64,000 nucleotides of DNA, from positions 732,560 to 796,559 of the forward strand of contig JAXHNR010000001.1 of the NCBI GenBank assembly GCA_034520215.1. Direction: 5' to 3'. Below are positions 27,189 to 37,315 of the stretch, piece after piece. The stretch comes from Candidatus Krumholzibacteriota bacterium (GTDB taxonomy: Bacteria > Krumholzibacteriota > Krumholzibacteriia > Krumholzibacteriales > WJIX01). Position numbers and translations under genes: made by a program. The notes beneath the pieces are model-generated. The model had not been told where the DNA came from. It saw only the letters and a list, made by a program, of their open reading frames with translations, and searched no databases. Position 1 is the first letter of the stretch; each line of letters begins with the position of its first letter.

Positions 27189-28430
27189 ATGGAAATTGAT
27201 TTTATAGTGGGTATAGACATTGGATCAGTCAGAACAAGGGTTCTCATCGCGGAGATAACAGAATCCGGAGGAGCGAAGATAGTCGGGGCGGCCGGCAGGC
27301 CCTCCGCTGGTGTCGAAAAGGGTAGGATTACCGATGAAGAGAAGGCGGCAAAGGTACTGTCGAGATGCATAATTGAAGCTGAAAGGATGGCGGGGGTCAA
27401 TGTCGAAGGAGCTTGTTTGTCTTTCACAAGCGCTGGAATAAGGAGTTTCAGCAGTCAAGGTGTTCTTAATCTCGATATGGGAAGACAGATCTCTGATAGA
27501 GAAATTCAGCATGTAACGAAAAACGCGGAGAAAATCCCGCTCCCTTCCGACAGATACGTTCTTCATATGTTAGAACAGGGTTTTAATGTTGATGAAAACA
27601 AAAATATCAAAGATCCGTTTGGTTTGGAGGCTTCGCGGCTTGAAAAAAACATCCATGTAGTTACAGCAGTTAAATCTGAGGCGGAAAGTCTCGGAAGAAT
27701 AATAAAAAGCAACAATATAGAAATTATCGATATGATCTTCAGTCCATTTGCCGCGGCAAATTCAGTTCTTAAGGAATATGACAAGGTTGAAGGAGCATTT
27801 GTAATCGATATAGGGGGTGAAACCACAACGTACGTTCTTTATCACGGAGGTGTTGTTAGAAGCAGCGGTGTAATTCCGGTAGGCGGATTTAATATTTCAA
27901 ACGATCTAGCGATAGGGCTTGGGATTCCTATAGAAAAGGCGGAGGAAATTAAGTTAGAAAATTGTGACGCGAGCCTGTCACCTTCAGACTCCCATAGATC
28001 GGACAAGTTTGAAATATTAGTTGGCGGTGATTCATTTACTATCGGAATGGATAAGATCGCGGAGATTGTAAGACCCAGATGCGAAGAATTATTCACTCTG
28101 GTTAAAAATGACGTAGAACTTGATCCCTGCTTTAAAAAAATAAAAGGAAACATTTTATTAACCGGAGGAGGAAGCAAACTAAAGGGGATTGAAAGTGCTG
28201 CCGAAAATGTTTTTGGTTATAGGGTACTTAAAGGTTACATACCTGATATTACAGGGTTGAGTGAGCTTGTAGCCGATCAGAGTTGGAATGTTAGTCTGGG
28301 TTTGCTTCAGCGCGGGAGTGAGATATTAGAGGAAAACTATGAAGAGAAGAAAAGCAGAAGGAATTACTTTAACTTGGTGATTGACAGTTTAAAAAAGGTC
28401 GGTAACCCTTTTTACAAAGAGGAGGTCTAA
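27189..28430 (+). CDS. ftsA: Cell division protein FtsA (actin-like ATPase)
   Basis: IVGIDIGSVRTRVLIAEI phosphate-1 motif, the actin/HSP70 fold, and a C-terminal amphipathic tail. Confidence 0.85.
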   Translation: MEIDFIVGIDIGSVRTRVLIAEITESGGAKIVGAAGRPSAGVEKGRITDEEKAAKVLSRCIIEAERMAGVNVEGACLSFTSAGIRSFSSQGVLNLDMGRQISDREIQHVTKNAEKIPLPSDRYVLHMLEQGFNVDENKNIKDPFGLEASRLEKNIHVVTAVKSEAESLGRIIKSNNIEIIDMIFSPFAAANSVLKEYDKVEGAFVIDIGGETTTYVLYHGGVVRSSGVIPVGGFNISNDLAIGLGIPIEKAEEIKLENCDASLSPSDSHRSDKFEILVGGDSFTIGMDKIAEIVRPRCEELFTLVKNDVELDPCFKKIKGNILLTGGGSKLKGIESAAENVFGYRVLKGYIPDITGLSELVADQSWNVSLGLLQRGSEILEENYEEKKSRRNYFNLVIDSLKKVGNPFYKEEV

Positions 28431-28431
28431 G

Positions 28432-29574
28432 ATGAGGTTCGAATTCGATGAAGGTTCTGAACTGGCTAAGATTAAGGTTATTGGTGTAGGCGGCGCTGGA
28501 GGTAACGCGGTTAACCGTATGGTAGATCAAGGACTTAAGGGTGTTGAGTTTCTGGTTGTGAATACAGACGCTCAGGTTCTCGAGTATTCAAAAGCACATA
28601 AGAAAATTCAGATTGGAAGCAATTTGACTTCGGGGCTTGGATCCGGCGGAAAACCTGAAATAGGAGAAAAGGCAATAGAAGAAGATGCCGACATTGTAAG
28701 TGAAATGCTCGAAGATTCTGATATGGTTTTCGTTACAGCCGGAATGGGGGGTGGAACCGGTACGGGCGCGAGTCCGGCAATTGCCCGTGTTGCGCGTGAA
28801 AAAGGCGCTTTGACAGTTGGAATAGTAACCATACCTTTCTCGTTTGAGGGAAAGTGCCGCCAAAAACTGGCGTTGGAGGGAATTAACAAATTAAAGGAAG
28901 AACTTGATACTTTAATTGTCATAAGAAACGACAAGCTGTTATCGCTTGTTTCCCGGGAGACCCCCCTTACGGAAGCATTCTCCACTGCGGACGCGGTTCT
29001 TCACCACGCTACAAAAGGTATTTCCGATCTTGTGACGATTCCCGGATTAATAAACCTTGACTTTGCTGATGTGAATACTACAATGAGCAAAATGGGTGAC
29101 GCGCTTATGGGTACGGGAGTTGGAAGCGGTGAAGAGAGAGCTGTAGAAGCTGCCAGATTGGCATTGAACAGCCCATTGCTCGATGACGTATCGATTAAAG
29201 GGGCAAGAGGAGTACTGGTAAATATTACTGGTGATGAGAAGATGTCGCTGCATGAAGTGTCACAGGCAACGGCAATTATCAGTGATGAGGCCGGAGATGA
29301 AGCGAATGTTATATTTGGTGCGGTGGTAAATGATAACCTTGACGGTGAAATACATGTTACGGTTATTGCAACAGGTTTTGACTCCGGCAGGTCTATCATA
29401 AAACCAACTCGAATTGATTCGGCCCGGCTTGGAATCAGAAATGAGCCCGAAGTGAGTGTTGAGAAGGACTTGGAAGATTCAGAGATTGACATTAATGAGT
29501 TTGCGAGTGTGGGAGCTTCCTCGGGAGAAGTTGACCTGGATGTCCCCACTTTTCTAAGAAAACATCATGATTAA
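28432..29574 (+). CDS. ftsZ: Cell division GTPase FtsZ
   Basis: IKVIGVGGAGGNAVNRM, the GGGTGTGASP tubulin signature, and a C-terminal conserved peptide DVPTFLRK. Confidence 0.95.
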   Translation: MRFEFDEGSELAKIKVIGVGGAGGNAVNRMVDQGLKGVEFLVVNTDAQVLEYSKAHKKIQIGSNLTSGLGSGGKPEIGEKAIEEDADIVSEMLEDSDMVFVTAGMGGGTGTGASPAIARVAREKGALTVGIVTIPFSFEGKCRQKLALEGINKLKEELDTLIVIRNDKLLSLVSRETPLTEAFSTADAVLHHATKGISDLVTIPGLINLDFADVNTTMSKMGDALMGTGVGSGEERAVEAARLALNSPLLDDVSIKGARGVLVNITGDEKMSLHEVSQATAIISDEAGDEANVIFGAVVNDNLDGEIHVTVIATGFDSGRSIIKPTRIDSARLGIRNEPEVSVEKDLEDSEIDINEFASVGASSGEVDLDVPTFLRKHHD

Positions 29575-29588
29575 ATGGAAGGTGTAAA

Positions 29589-31229
29589 TTGTCTTTCTGG
29601 GGAAGGATATTCGGGTTGGGGAAAAATCCCGAATATGAAAAAGGGATAAAGTTCTATAATGAACAAAAGTATGAAAAGGCGATTGAACAGCTTGAGAAAG
29701 CGACAGACTCTATAGGGCGCGACGACCCAACCTATGCTCTGGGAATGTTCTACGCCGCGGAAGCGCATGTTCATATTGGTACAGCCTTGTACTTTTCCGG
29801 GGATATTGAAGAGGCCTTAAAACATTTTGAAAAGGCTGTAGGAGAAAATCCCACATACCCCGATCTTTATTACAGGATGGGTGTAATCAATTATCGTAAG
29901 GGTAATAAAGAAAAAGCGTTGAGAATGCTTGAAAAGGCAATTGAACTGAACCCAGCCTATTTTGAAGCTGTATGCTATCTTGGAATTATTCTCTACGAAG
30001 ATGACCGGAAAGAAGACGCGGATAAACAGTTTAAAAAGGCTCTTGAGCTTTCAGCTGATAGAAAAACCCCTGTAAGCAAGTTCTTAAGTGATCACCTGGA
30101 GAGCTGCAAAACGAATATTCCTAGCATTTCGTCTCTGAAGGGTATCTTCGACGCCGGTGTTGAGTTCAATTCGATGATAAAAAATGGTGTGGAAAAATTT
30201 AATATGGGAAAATTCGATGAAGCCGTTGAAAGTTTTGAAGAAATAAAGGAAATACATCCTGATTACGCCGATATACGTTTTAAACTGGCTCTTTCGTATA
30301 TGAAGGCCGGGAACTACAGCAGAGCCGACGCTGAGTTTAAAGAGGCATTGAAAATAAATCAGGATTATACTGAAGCTCAATTCTATTTGGGAATTCTGCT
30401 CTTCGATCAGAAAAGATTTATTGAAGCTCTTCCACACTTTAGAGAGGCCGTCAGCAAGACCGATAACTACACTGATATGAAGTCGTACCTCGGCGCCACA
30501 TTGCTTTATCTTGGACGTTACGAAGAAGCGAAGAGTTTGCTGGAAGAGGTGGTAAAGGATACTCCCTGTTATTCACAGGCTCTTTATTATTACGGTCTCC
30601 TGCTTTATAGTACCGGCGAGACTTCCAAGGCGGTTGATGTTCTTCAAAAAGGGATGAAAGAGGGGGAAAAGACGGGGTCGAATAATATTAATCTAGCTCT
30701 AATTCAGATCCGCACCGGCGATATGGAGGGGGCGATGGTAACGTTGAAGAACATAATCGAAGCGGGGTTTAAAAGCGCTGATGTTTATTATTTCGTCGGT
30801 GAAGTTTATCTGAGAACGGGCAGAGTCGAAGAAGCGGAAGCTTATTACCGGAAAGCCCTTGGCGTAAATAACGAATATCTAAGAGCAAGAGAAAAACTGA
30901 CATATATTATGATTAAAAAGGAAAATTACGAGGAAGCTGAAAGAATCATTGGTGATAATGAAAAGGGATACGCTGATATTTATAAGATTATGGGAGATAT
31001 TCAGAATTACATGAAGAATTATGAAAAAGCGGAGAATTATTACAGAAAGAGTCTGGAAGTAAATTCAGAATATACCGATGTTCTGCTCTCTCTTGCTATT
31101 GTATTGAGGAATAAAGGCGAAAGTGAAAAAGCTCAATCATTTCTCAAGAAGCTCATTGAAATTCAGCCTGATAATCTGGCCGCGCGTAATCTTCTCGGAG
31201 AGGGCCCCTTGAATATTGATAAAGCATAA
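29589..31229 (+). CDS. Tetratricopeptide-repeat (TPR) protein
   Basis: About 12 TPR-like 34-aa repeats (…A.YY.G..YY..G….A…F.KAL…). Its start lies 15 bp after the ftsZ stop. Confidence 0.6.
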   Translation: MSFWGRIFGLGKNPEYEKGIKFYNEQKYEKAIEQLEKATDSIGRDDPTYALGMFYAAEAHVHIGTALYFSGDIEEALKHFEKAVGENPTYPDLYYRMGVINYRKGNKEKALRMLEKAIELNPAYFEAVCYLGIILYEDDRKEDADKQFKKALELSADRKTPVSKFLSDHLESCKTNIPSISSLKGIFDAGVEFNSMIKNGVEKFNMGKFDEAVESFEEIKEIHPDYADIRFKLALSYMKAGNYSRADAEFKEALKINQDYTEAQFYLGILLFDQKRFIEALPHFREAVSKTDNYTDMKSYLGATLLYLGRYEEAKSLLEEVVKDTPCYSQALYYYGLLLYSTGETSKAVDVLQKGMKEGEKTGSNNINLALIQIRTGDMEGAMVTLKNIIEAGFKSADVYYFVGEVYLRTGRVEEAEAYYRKALGVNNEYLRAREKLTYIMIKKENYEEAERIIGDNEKGYADIYKIMGDIQNYMKNYEKAENYYRKSLEVNSEYTDVLLSLAIVLRNKGESEKAQSFLKKLIEIQPDNLAARNLLGEGPLNIDKA

Positions 31230-31328
31230 TGATTTGAGGAACTCTTGTCTCGAAATCCGGGAAAAAACGCAAAAAATAACATAAAGTATAAGGAAAAGTT
31301 TGTAGTAAACTTTCAGCAACCTGCCAGG

Positions 31329-32810
31329 ATGGCCAATAATATTTTTGTTGGTTATCCTTCTTCATACAGAACCGGCATGTCTAATCTCGGGTTTCATTTT
31401 ATATTCAAGGAATTGAAGTCAAGACGCCTGATGAGAGTAGAGCGTTTCTTTACAGATACATCTCCCTTTACTTTTGAGTCGGGATTGAAGATTTCTTCAT
31501 CCACCGCTCTCTTTATTACACTTTCTTATGAAGAAGACTATTTGAATCTTGTAAGGATATTAATAGATTCGGAAATAGAACCATCCAGAAAAAAAAGAAG
31601 ATGCCGGCCAATTATTATTCTCGGAGGTCCGGCCGTAAGCGCCAACCCTGCTCCAATGTCCGAAGTAGCCGATATTATAGCTATTGGCGAGGGAGAAGAG
31701 ATTATTAACAACATAGCTGACTTTGTGGATCGATATAGCGAAGGGGGGTGTGAGCAAATTGCCGATAAGCTCAAAGGTGTTGAAGGAATATTTGTTTCAG
31801 GGCAATCTACTGAAGGGGTAAAATTAGCTCATCCGGAGAATATTGACAGATTTCCGATATCGGCGGTTCTTTCAAGCAATACAGCATTTTCTGATATGCT
31901 CCTGATGGAGATAAGCAGAGGATGCCCGGGAAATTGTTGTTTCTGTCTTGCTTCGGCAATATACAGTCCGCTCAGGACTCAAAAGTATGAATCAATTATG
32001 AAAGTGCTCCTTGAGATCCCTGAATTTGTTAATAAAGTTGGTCTTGTAAGTACGTCGGTAACTTCGCATCCTGATTTCAATAGAATCGTCGAGGAGTTAA
32101 TTAAGAGGGGGATTAAGACCTCCTTCAGTTCTCTGAAAGCTGAAGATATCGATGTGGATAAGGCCTTCATGATAGGAAAAGCCGGGACTAAAAGTGTTGC
32201 CCTGGCTCCTGAAACGGGCAGTGAAGATATAAGATATATTTTAGGCAAGAAAGTTCCGGATGAAGCCTATTTTAACGCCGCGAGACTTCTCAGTCTACAG
32301 GGTATCAGAAAGTTTACGCTTTATTTAATTTCGGGATATCCCGGTGAATCAGAAAAAGTTATAAGGGAAACGGAGCTGTTTTTAAAGAATTTCAAGAAAG
32401 TGATAGGCAAGGGAAGTCTGTCCGTACATATAAATGTTGTTGTTCCAAAGGCGCAGACACCTCTCCAGTTCTATGCTTTACCTGAAAAAAGGAATCTGGA
32501 AATGAGATTGAAAAAGCTGGGGGAAATTTGCGAAGGTATCACCGGGAATGTCAGAGTTAAATCAATAAGAGGTGTTTTCAGGCAGGCAGTCTTGTCCCTG
32601 GGGGATGAAGATGTAGGCAAGGCTGTAATTAAATACGGCAGGGGAGGGATATCATGGAAGAAGGCGCTTAAGAACAGTAATGTGGCTCCAGAATTTATAC
32701 ATGACAAAAACCGTCTCTCAGAATTTCTCCCATGGGATAATATCACAGGGGAGCCAAAACGGCATTATCTGCTGAAAAGATTCAAAGATCTGATAAATCT
32801 AACGAGTTGA
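31329..32810 (+). CDS. B12-binding-domain radical SAM protein
   Basis: The N-terminus VGYPSSYRTGMSNLGFHFIF is B12-binding-like, and a CxxxCxxC motif (RGCPGNCCFC) lies at about aa 225. The likely true start is the MANNIF… codon at 31329; the ORF-track start at 31245 is an upstream extension. Confidence 0.6.
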   Translation: MANNIFVGYPSSYRTGMSNLGFHFIFKELKSRRLMRVERFFTDTSPFTFESGLKISSSTALFITLSYEEDYLNLVRILIDSEIEPSRKKRRCRPIIILGGPAVSANPAPMSEVADIIAIGEGEEIINNIADFVDRYSEGGCEQIADKLKGVEGIFVSGQSTEGVKLAHPENIDRFPISAVLSSNTAFSDMLLMEISRGCPGNCCFCLASAIYSPLRTQKYESIMKVLLEIPEFVNKVGLVSTSVTSHPDFNRIVEELIKRGIKTSFSSLKAEDIDVDKAFMIGKAGTKSVALAPETGSEDIRYILGKKVPDEAYFNAARLLSLQGIRKFTLYLISGYPGESEKVIRETELFLKNFKKVIGKGSLSVHINVVVPKAQTPLQFYALPEKRNLEMRLKKLGEICEGITGNVRVKSIRGVFRQAVLSLGDEDVGKAVIKYGRGGISWKKALKNSNVAPEFIHDKNRLSEFLPWDNITGEPKRHYLLKRFKDLINLTS

Positions 32811-32936
32811 TTTTAAGCTCAGCAAATTTAAGCTTATTTGTAAGAGGAAATATAACCGTATAAAGGAGGTATATTGATAAAGCTTTCCACTTGGCTCAAA
32901 ATAGTATAAGATATTTTTGAGTAAGTGCCGCGGGAT

Positions 32937-33128
32937 TCAGATAACTTTCTTCGCGAAGCCGCTCTTAATACACTTGGTACACACGTAAGTTTTTTGGCGT
33001 TTACCATCAATTTCTACTTTTATTTTCTGTAGATTAGGGATGAACCTTCTTTTATTGAGATTATGAGAGTGACTTACATTATGTCCAACAATCGGTTTTT
33101 TTCCGCATATCGCGCATTTTTTGCTCAT
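32937..33128 (-). CDS. rpmB: 50S ribosomal protein L28 (bL28, zinc-ribbon type)
   Basis: [34 protein letters not shown]…CTKCIKSG matches the bL28 consensus (…C.VTGK.P..GN.VSH..N.TKRRF.PNL). ATG at 33128 with an upstream GGAGG. The longer ORF-track call (to 33254) is an N-terminal over-extension. Confidence 0.8.
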   Translation of the reverse strand: MSKKCAICGKKPIVGHNVSHSHNLNKRRFIPNLQKIKVEIDGKRQKTYVCTKCIKSGFAKKVI

Positions 33129-33180
33129 ATAATTCCTCCATATTCTTTCCCGCGTTTGATATAAATTAGTATGTTGTGCT

Positions 33181-35298
33181 TTGATTGGCAAGGTAATTAT
33201 GCAAAGTAATCCAAATAACAGAAATATTCTTAAGATGAGCAGCCAATTTATCAAGGGCGTTGGTCCTTCAAGACAGTTGTTACTGAAGCGGTTAGGAATA
33301 GAAACGGTAGAAGATCTTCTTATGCATTATCCCCGCGGGTATTATGACAGAAGTAATATGACAAAAATATGTGACATGGAAGTTGAGAGTGAAGCAACTT
33401 TTACCGGTATTGTTCTGGTTGTCTCTCTAAGAAAATTGCGTGGCGGAAGAACTATTTTAAAGGTAGCAGTTGGGGATGAAACCGGACGAATAGACCTGGT
33501 TTTTTTCAATCAACCCTTTCTAAAGAAGAAATTCCGTCAGGGCAGAAAAATTATTGTCAGCGGAACGGTAAATCTATACAAAGGAGTAAAGCAGATTTCA
33601 GCCCCTGATTTTGAGTTTTATTCAGATGATCTTAACGGCGAATTTATACATACGAGCAGAATTGTTCCGGTATATCCGCTTACTTCTGGAATTTCCCAGA
33701 GAATGATGAGAATAATCATCAAAGCCGCTCTCGCGAAAGCAAAAGGAAGGATAGAAGAAAACATACCAGAGCCGCTGAGAGATTCTTTGAAATTTGTGGG
33801 ACGGGAAGAGTCTTTACGGCAGATTCACTATCCTGAAACATTTCAACATTTTGACGAGGCGGTCCGAAGGTTGAAATTTGAGGAAGTCTTCTTTATTCAT
33901 CTTTTATTGAAAATGAGGAGGAAGAAGATTTGTGAGAATAAACCCCGGCCTAAAATATCGCCTCCGTACGGTTTACTTAAGAAATTTCTTAAATCTCTTC
34001 CCTTCAGGCTTACAGAAGCTCAGAAGAAGGTTCTTCATGAAATAAGGGCCGATGTTGAAAGTAGCGGAGGGATGGGAAGACTGCTGCAGGGCGATGTTGG
34101 TTCAGGGAAGACGATAGTGGGGTTAGCTTCCATGATAATGGCTGTTGATAGCGGATATCAAACAGCGCTGATGGTGCCGACGGAAATATTGGCCCGCCAG
34201 CATTATAAAAAAATAAAGGAATATCTTAAAGATTTACCTATAAATGTGCGGCTTTTAATCGGTGCGTTAAAAAGGGAAGAAAAAGAAAGATTATACTCTG
34301 AACTGGAGCGAGGAAGTATTGATATTATTATAGGTACTCAGGCTTTGATACAGGAAGGCATATCTTTTAAACAGATTGGATTGGCTATTATAGATGAACA
34401 GCACAGATTTGGTGTTAAACAGAGAGCGAGTCTTGGCAAGAAAAATGAATTGCCCCACTTTCTTGTTATGACAGCAACACCAATTCCCCGTAGTCTCGCG
34501 CAGATAGTGTACGGGGACCTCAAATTATCTGTTATCGACAGTTTTCCTTTCGGCAGAAGAGAAGTTAAAACAAAACTCATTAAAGAGGAGGCTAAAAGCG
34601 AATGTTATTCCTTAGCGCGTAAATTATTCAGGGAAGGAAGGCAGGCTTTTATAGTATATCCAGTCGTGGAAGACACTGACAGAAGTGACTTGAAAGCGGC
34701 AACTGCTGAGTTCGAAAGACTCCAGAGGGATGTGTTTAGTGATTTTCCTATCGGTCTTCTTCACGGAAGGATGAGTTATGAGGAAAAATCGAAAGCGGTA
34801 GATATGTTTGTAAAGGGTGAAATAGCCGCACTGATAACAACTACTGTTATTGAAGTTGGTGTTGATATTCCAAACGCTTCATTGCTGATCGTAAACAACC
34901 CCGAAAGATTCGGACTTGCTCAGCTTCACCAGCTGAGGGGAAGAATAGGAAGAGAAGGAAAGGAAGGGGTTTGTTTTTTAATTTCAGGTGAAAATATTGG
35001 GGAGAACAGCTTGAATAGACTTAAGTTCTTCACTGAGACAAATGATGGATTCGCGGTGGCTGAGAAGGACCTTCAGCTCAGAGGACCGGGTGAAATATGG
35101 GGATTCAGGCAATCCGGATATCCGCTGTTTCGTTTGCTAAACCCAATCAGTGACAATATGATAGTAAAGCGATCGTGGGAAGAAAGTGACAAATTACTTG
35201 AGACTGATCCGTATCTGAATAAACCGGAAAACAGAGTTGTAGAGAAATATTTTCGATTGTACTATAAAGAACGAATGGAAATTGCTGAAATTGGATAA
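33181..35298 (+). CDS. recG: ATP-dependent DNA helicase RecG
   Basis: Wedge domain (…[25 protein letters not shown]…), helicase motifs [15 protein letters not shown] and HQLRGRIGR. The true start is probably at about 33235 ([11 protein letters not shown]). Confidence 0.9.
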   Translation: MIGKVIMQSNPNNRNILKMSSQFIKGVGPSRQLLLKRLGIETVEDLLMHYPRGYYDRSNMTKICDMEVESEATFTGIVLVVSLRKLRGGRTILKVAVGDETGRIDLVFFNQPFLKKKFRQGRKIIVSGTVNLYKGVKQISAPDFEFYSDDLNGEFIHTSRIVPVYPLTSGISQRMMRIIIKAALAKAKGRIEENIPEPLRDSLKFVGREESLRQIHYPETFQHFDEAVRRLKFEEVFFIHLLLKMRRKKICENKPRPKISPPYGLLKKFLKSLPFRLTEAQKKVLHEIRADVESSGGMGRLLQGDVGSGKTIVGLASMIMAVDSGYQTALMVPTEILARQHYKKIKEYLKDLPINVRLLIGALKREEKERLYSELERGSIDIIIGTQALIQEGISFKQIGLAIIDEQHRFGVKQRASLGKKNELPHFLVMTATPIPRSLAQIVYGDLKLSVIDSFPFGRREVKTKLIKEEAKSECYSLARKLFREGRQAFIVYPVVEDTDRSDLKAATAEFERLQRDVFSDFPIGLLHGRMSYEEKSKAVDMFVKGEIAALITTTVIEVGVDIPNASLLIVNNPERFGLAQLHQLRGRIGREGKEGVCFLISGENIGENSLNRLKFFTETNDGFAVAEKDLQLRGPGEIWGFRQSGYPLFRLLNPISDNMIVKRSWEESDKLLETDPYLNKPENRVVEKYFRLYYKERMEIAEIG

Positions 35299-35328
35299 TT
35301 AAAATAACTTCAATTATGGGAGGTAATT

Positions 35329-35877
35329 GTGATTTCGAGAGAAGAAGCACTGAAACTGGTTGAAGAACATATGACCAACAGGAATCTTATTAAACATGTT
35401 CTTGCGGTAGAGGTGATTATGAGGTCTCTGGCGGACAAATCTGACAAAGATCCGGATGTCTGGGGACTGGCAGGTTTGCTGCATGATCTGGACTATGAAA
35501 GTACGAAGGAAAACCCCGAAAAGCATGGATATAATACATTAAGATTACTTGAAGGGCTGGATATTTCAAATGAAATAAAACACGCTATATTAGCTCATGT
35601 GGGGCATGTTGAACCAGAATGCCTAATGGATCATGCTATATACTGCAGTGACCCTGTGACTGGCTTGATTGTTGCATCAGCATTAATGCATCCTACAAAG
35701 AGTCTTTCAGGAATGGATGAAGAGTTTGTGGGAAGACGCTTTAAAGAAAAAAGATTTGCCGCGGGAGCCGATCGTGAAGCAATCGCTAGTTGCAGTGAAC
35801 TTGGAATTGAGTTGCATGATTTCCTGCATCTTTCGCTAAAAGCAATGAGAGGCATCTCAGATGATTTAGGATTGTAG
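35329..35877 (+). CDS. HD-domain phosphohydrolase (YqeK/HDIG-like)
   Basis: H…HVLAVE…LAGLLHDLD shows the metal-binding H…HD…D pattern of the HD superfamily. Length is 182 aa. Confidence 0.6.
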   Translation: MISREEALKLVEEHMTNRNLIKHVLAVEVIMRSLADKSDKDPDVWGLAGLLHDLDYESTKENPEKHGYNTLRLLEGLDISNEIKHAILAHVGHVEPECLMDHAIYCSDPVTGLIVASALMHPTKSLSGMDEEFVGRRFKEKRFAAGADREAIASCSELGIELHDFLHLSLKAMRGISDDLGL

Positions 35878-35907
35878 ATGTGAGCTGGATTCAAAGGAGC
35901 CTTATCA

Positions 35908-36483
35908 ATGATTGTTGCATGCAATGAATGTGAGACGAAATACAGCCTTCCGGACGAGAATGTGCCCGAAAAGGGAATTCGCGTACGTTGTCCAAAATGT
36001 AATTTTGTGTGGAAGCTTAAAGCTGTCCATTCAAGCATACCGGATTTTGACAGGAGCAAGGGTGGTTTTAACGCCGAGTCTTCTCAAACGGTTAACGCCG
36101 AGGTCTGGAGTGATGAAATAGAGGATAAAGGGGTTTCATCCGGCGGGGAAATGGAAAGTGGATCTAGTTTCGAAGAGGTTGATCTCGAAGAGCGCGCCCC
36201 TTCCGAAGAGCGCGTTGATCAACAAGATACAAATGAAGAGAGGAATAAGAAAGAAAGGGTGAAAAGACTTGCCAGAGTTTTTGTAAGTGATATACTTGTC
36301 TATAATCAGGAAAAGAGAGACAAAGCACTTTCTGAAGGAAACCTGATGTCAGCTCTTGGACCTGAGATTAAAAAAGGCTGGGAGGGTTACAAGGGGAAAA
36401 TTGGACCCGGAATAGCCCACTCAAGTGATTATTTTAAAGATGCCCTCAACGAAATTCTCGCGGATGGGCAGAAGATTTTCTAA
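35908..36483 (+). CDS. MJ0042-type zinc-ribbon protein with a charged C-terminal domain, function unknown
   Basis: The N-terminus CNECETKYSLPD…RVRCPKCNFVW is a CxxC…CxxC zinc ribbon. It is followed by an acidic linker and a conserved-looking C-terminal segment. Confidence 0.4.
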   Translation: MIVACNECETKYSLPDENVPEKGIRVRCPKCNFVWKLKAVHSSIPDFDRSKGGFNAESSQTVNAEVWSDEIEDKGVSSGGEMESGSSFEEVDLEERAPSEERVDQQDTNEERNKKERVKRLARVFVSDILVYNQEKRDKALSEGNLMSALGPEIKKGWEGYKGKIGPGIAHSSDYFKDALNEILADGQKIF

Positions 36484-37315
36484 CGATGTGGATAAAGTTC
36501 TGATTATCATTCTAAACCTGAATCCGGAACTTCATTTAGAGTTTTTTAGAAAAATGGAATTACCGGATAATGTTGAAAAGAATTCCTATACTACTTTCCC
36601 TCGATTTCTAAAAGCCTTGCAGAAGGTTAAGAGAAAATCGCCCAGGGTTATTCTGTTCTTACCTCAAAAAAGGTTTAATCCCTCAAAACTTCGTCAGATT
36701 TGCCTTTTACTGATCGATACACCCGTGCATATTGTGACTGACGAGTGTGATGAAAGGACTTATCTTACATATATGTCCGCTGGCATTAAGAATATTATTA
36801 CTCCTCCTTTCAGCGAGAGTGATTATCAGTATCTTGTCGATGTATCCGATCAGGACCACCTGTATTTTCCCCGTAATAGAGAGTTGATAAGGGAAGGTCA
36901 GATTCGTCTGGATTTTCTTATACCGAGCAAACTGTCGAGGATTGTCGGTGTAAACCGCCTTGTTTCATTTTTGACCGCCGAAGCTGGATTTGCCCCGGAA
37001 GATTGCAGGGTAAACCTTCCAATGGTCATGGACGAAGCCTTAAGCAACGCTATTATTCACGGTAATAGTAACAAGAAGGAACTCAAGGTGCACATACGGA
37101 TTTATATAAGTATCAACCGTGTGATCATTCAGATAGAAGATCAGGGTGTGGGATTTGACCAGGACAAGATCGAGGATCCCACCGGTGAAGGAAAGATCTA
37201 CAATGATTCCGGAAGGGGTTTATATATTATAAAGGAAATCATGGATCGTGTCGCTTTCAAGAATGGCGGACGGGTAATTGAGATGGAAATGAGCAACAAA
37301 AACGCCAAAAAGTAA
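36425..37315 (+). CDS. Degenerate receiver-like domain fused to an RsbW/SpoIIAB-type HATPase_c (anti-sigma-factor-like serine kinase)
   Basis: The C-terminal N-box EALSNAIIHGN and G-boxes (DQGVGFD, GRGLYIIKEI) match GHKL ATPases of the RsbW type. The N-terminal half has a CheY-like beta-alpha pattern but lacks the canonical acid pocket. The start is uncertain (36464 or 36554 are more likely than 36425). Confidence 0.45.
   Translation: MIILKMPSTKFSRMGRRFSNDVDKVLIIILNLNPELHLEFFRKMELPDNVEKNSYTTFPRFLKALQKVKRKSPRVILFLPQKRFNPSKLRQICLLLIDTPVHIVTDECDERTYLTYMSAGIKNIITPPFSESDYQYLVDVSDQDHLYFPRNRELIREGQIRLDFLIPSKLSRIVGVNRLVSFLTAEAGFAPEDCRVNLPMVMDEALSNAIIHGNSNKKELKVHIRIYISINRVIIQIEDQGVGFDQDKIEDPTGEGKIYNDSGRGLYIIKEIMDRVAFKNGGRVIEMEMSNKNAKK

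Noticed and set aside
29001-29549. 182-aa minus-strand ORF antisense to ftsZ; similar long antisense ORFs lie at 5724-6464 (antisense to the CapD-like gene), 17065-17580, 25063-25509, 28608-28985, 55220-55726 and 57165-57851
   Set aside because: Each lies entirely inside a well-supported + strand gene (ftsZ, the CapD-like gene, ftsI/murE, murC, coaX, groEL). Their Ser/Pro/Ala-rich low-complexity translations are typical of antisense frames. They have no ribosome-binding site and no homology signature.
31245-31328. N-terminal 28-aa extension of the radical SAM ORF (MSRNPGKNAKNNIKYKEKFVVNFQQPAR); similar extensions occur at 33181 (recG), 38624 (PPC lipoprotein), 62575 (dNK TTG), 60174 (dapL-like) and 36425 (HATPase protein)
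   Set aside because: Conserved N-terminal motifs (B12-binding-like VGYPSSY, the RecG wedge, the lipoprotein signal peptide, the dNK P-loop spacing, DapL LPPYLF) begin at internal Met codons. The upstream extensions are unconserved or overlap neighbours. Starts remain uncertain without comparative data.
32811-32936. Weak hairpin TAAGCT-N11-AGCTTA between convergent radical SAM and rpmB genes, considered as a bidirectional terminator
   Set aside because: It has only a 6-bp stem with an 11-nt loop and a poor T-tract. It is plausible but too weak to annotate as a feature.
32937-33254. The ORF-track 105-aa version of the minus-strand gene ([17 protein letters not shown]… upstream of the L28 sequence)
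   Set aside because: Only the C-terminal 63 aa match bL28. The ATG at 33128 has a GGAGG ribosome-binding site, and the extension would overlap the recG start region. Trimmed to 32937-33128.
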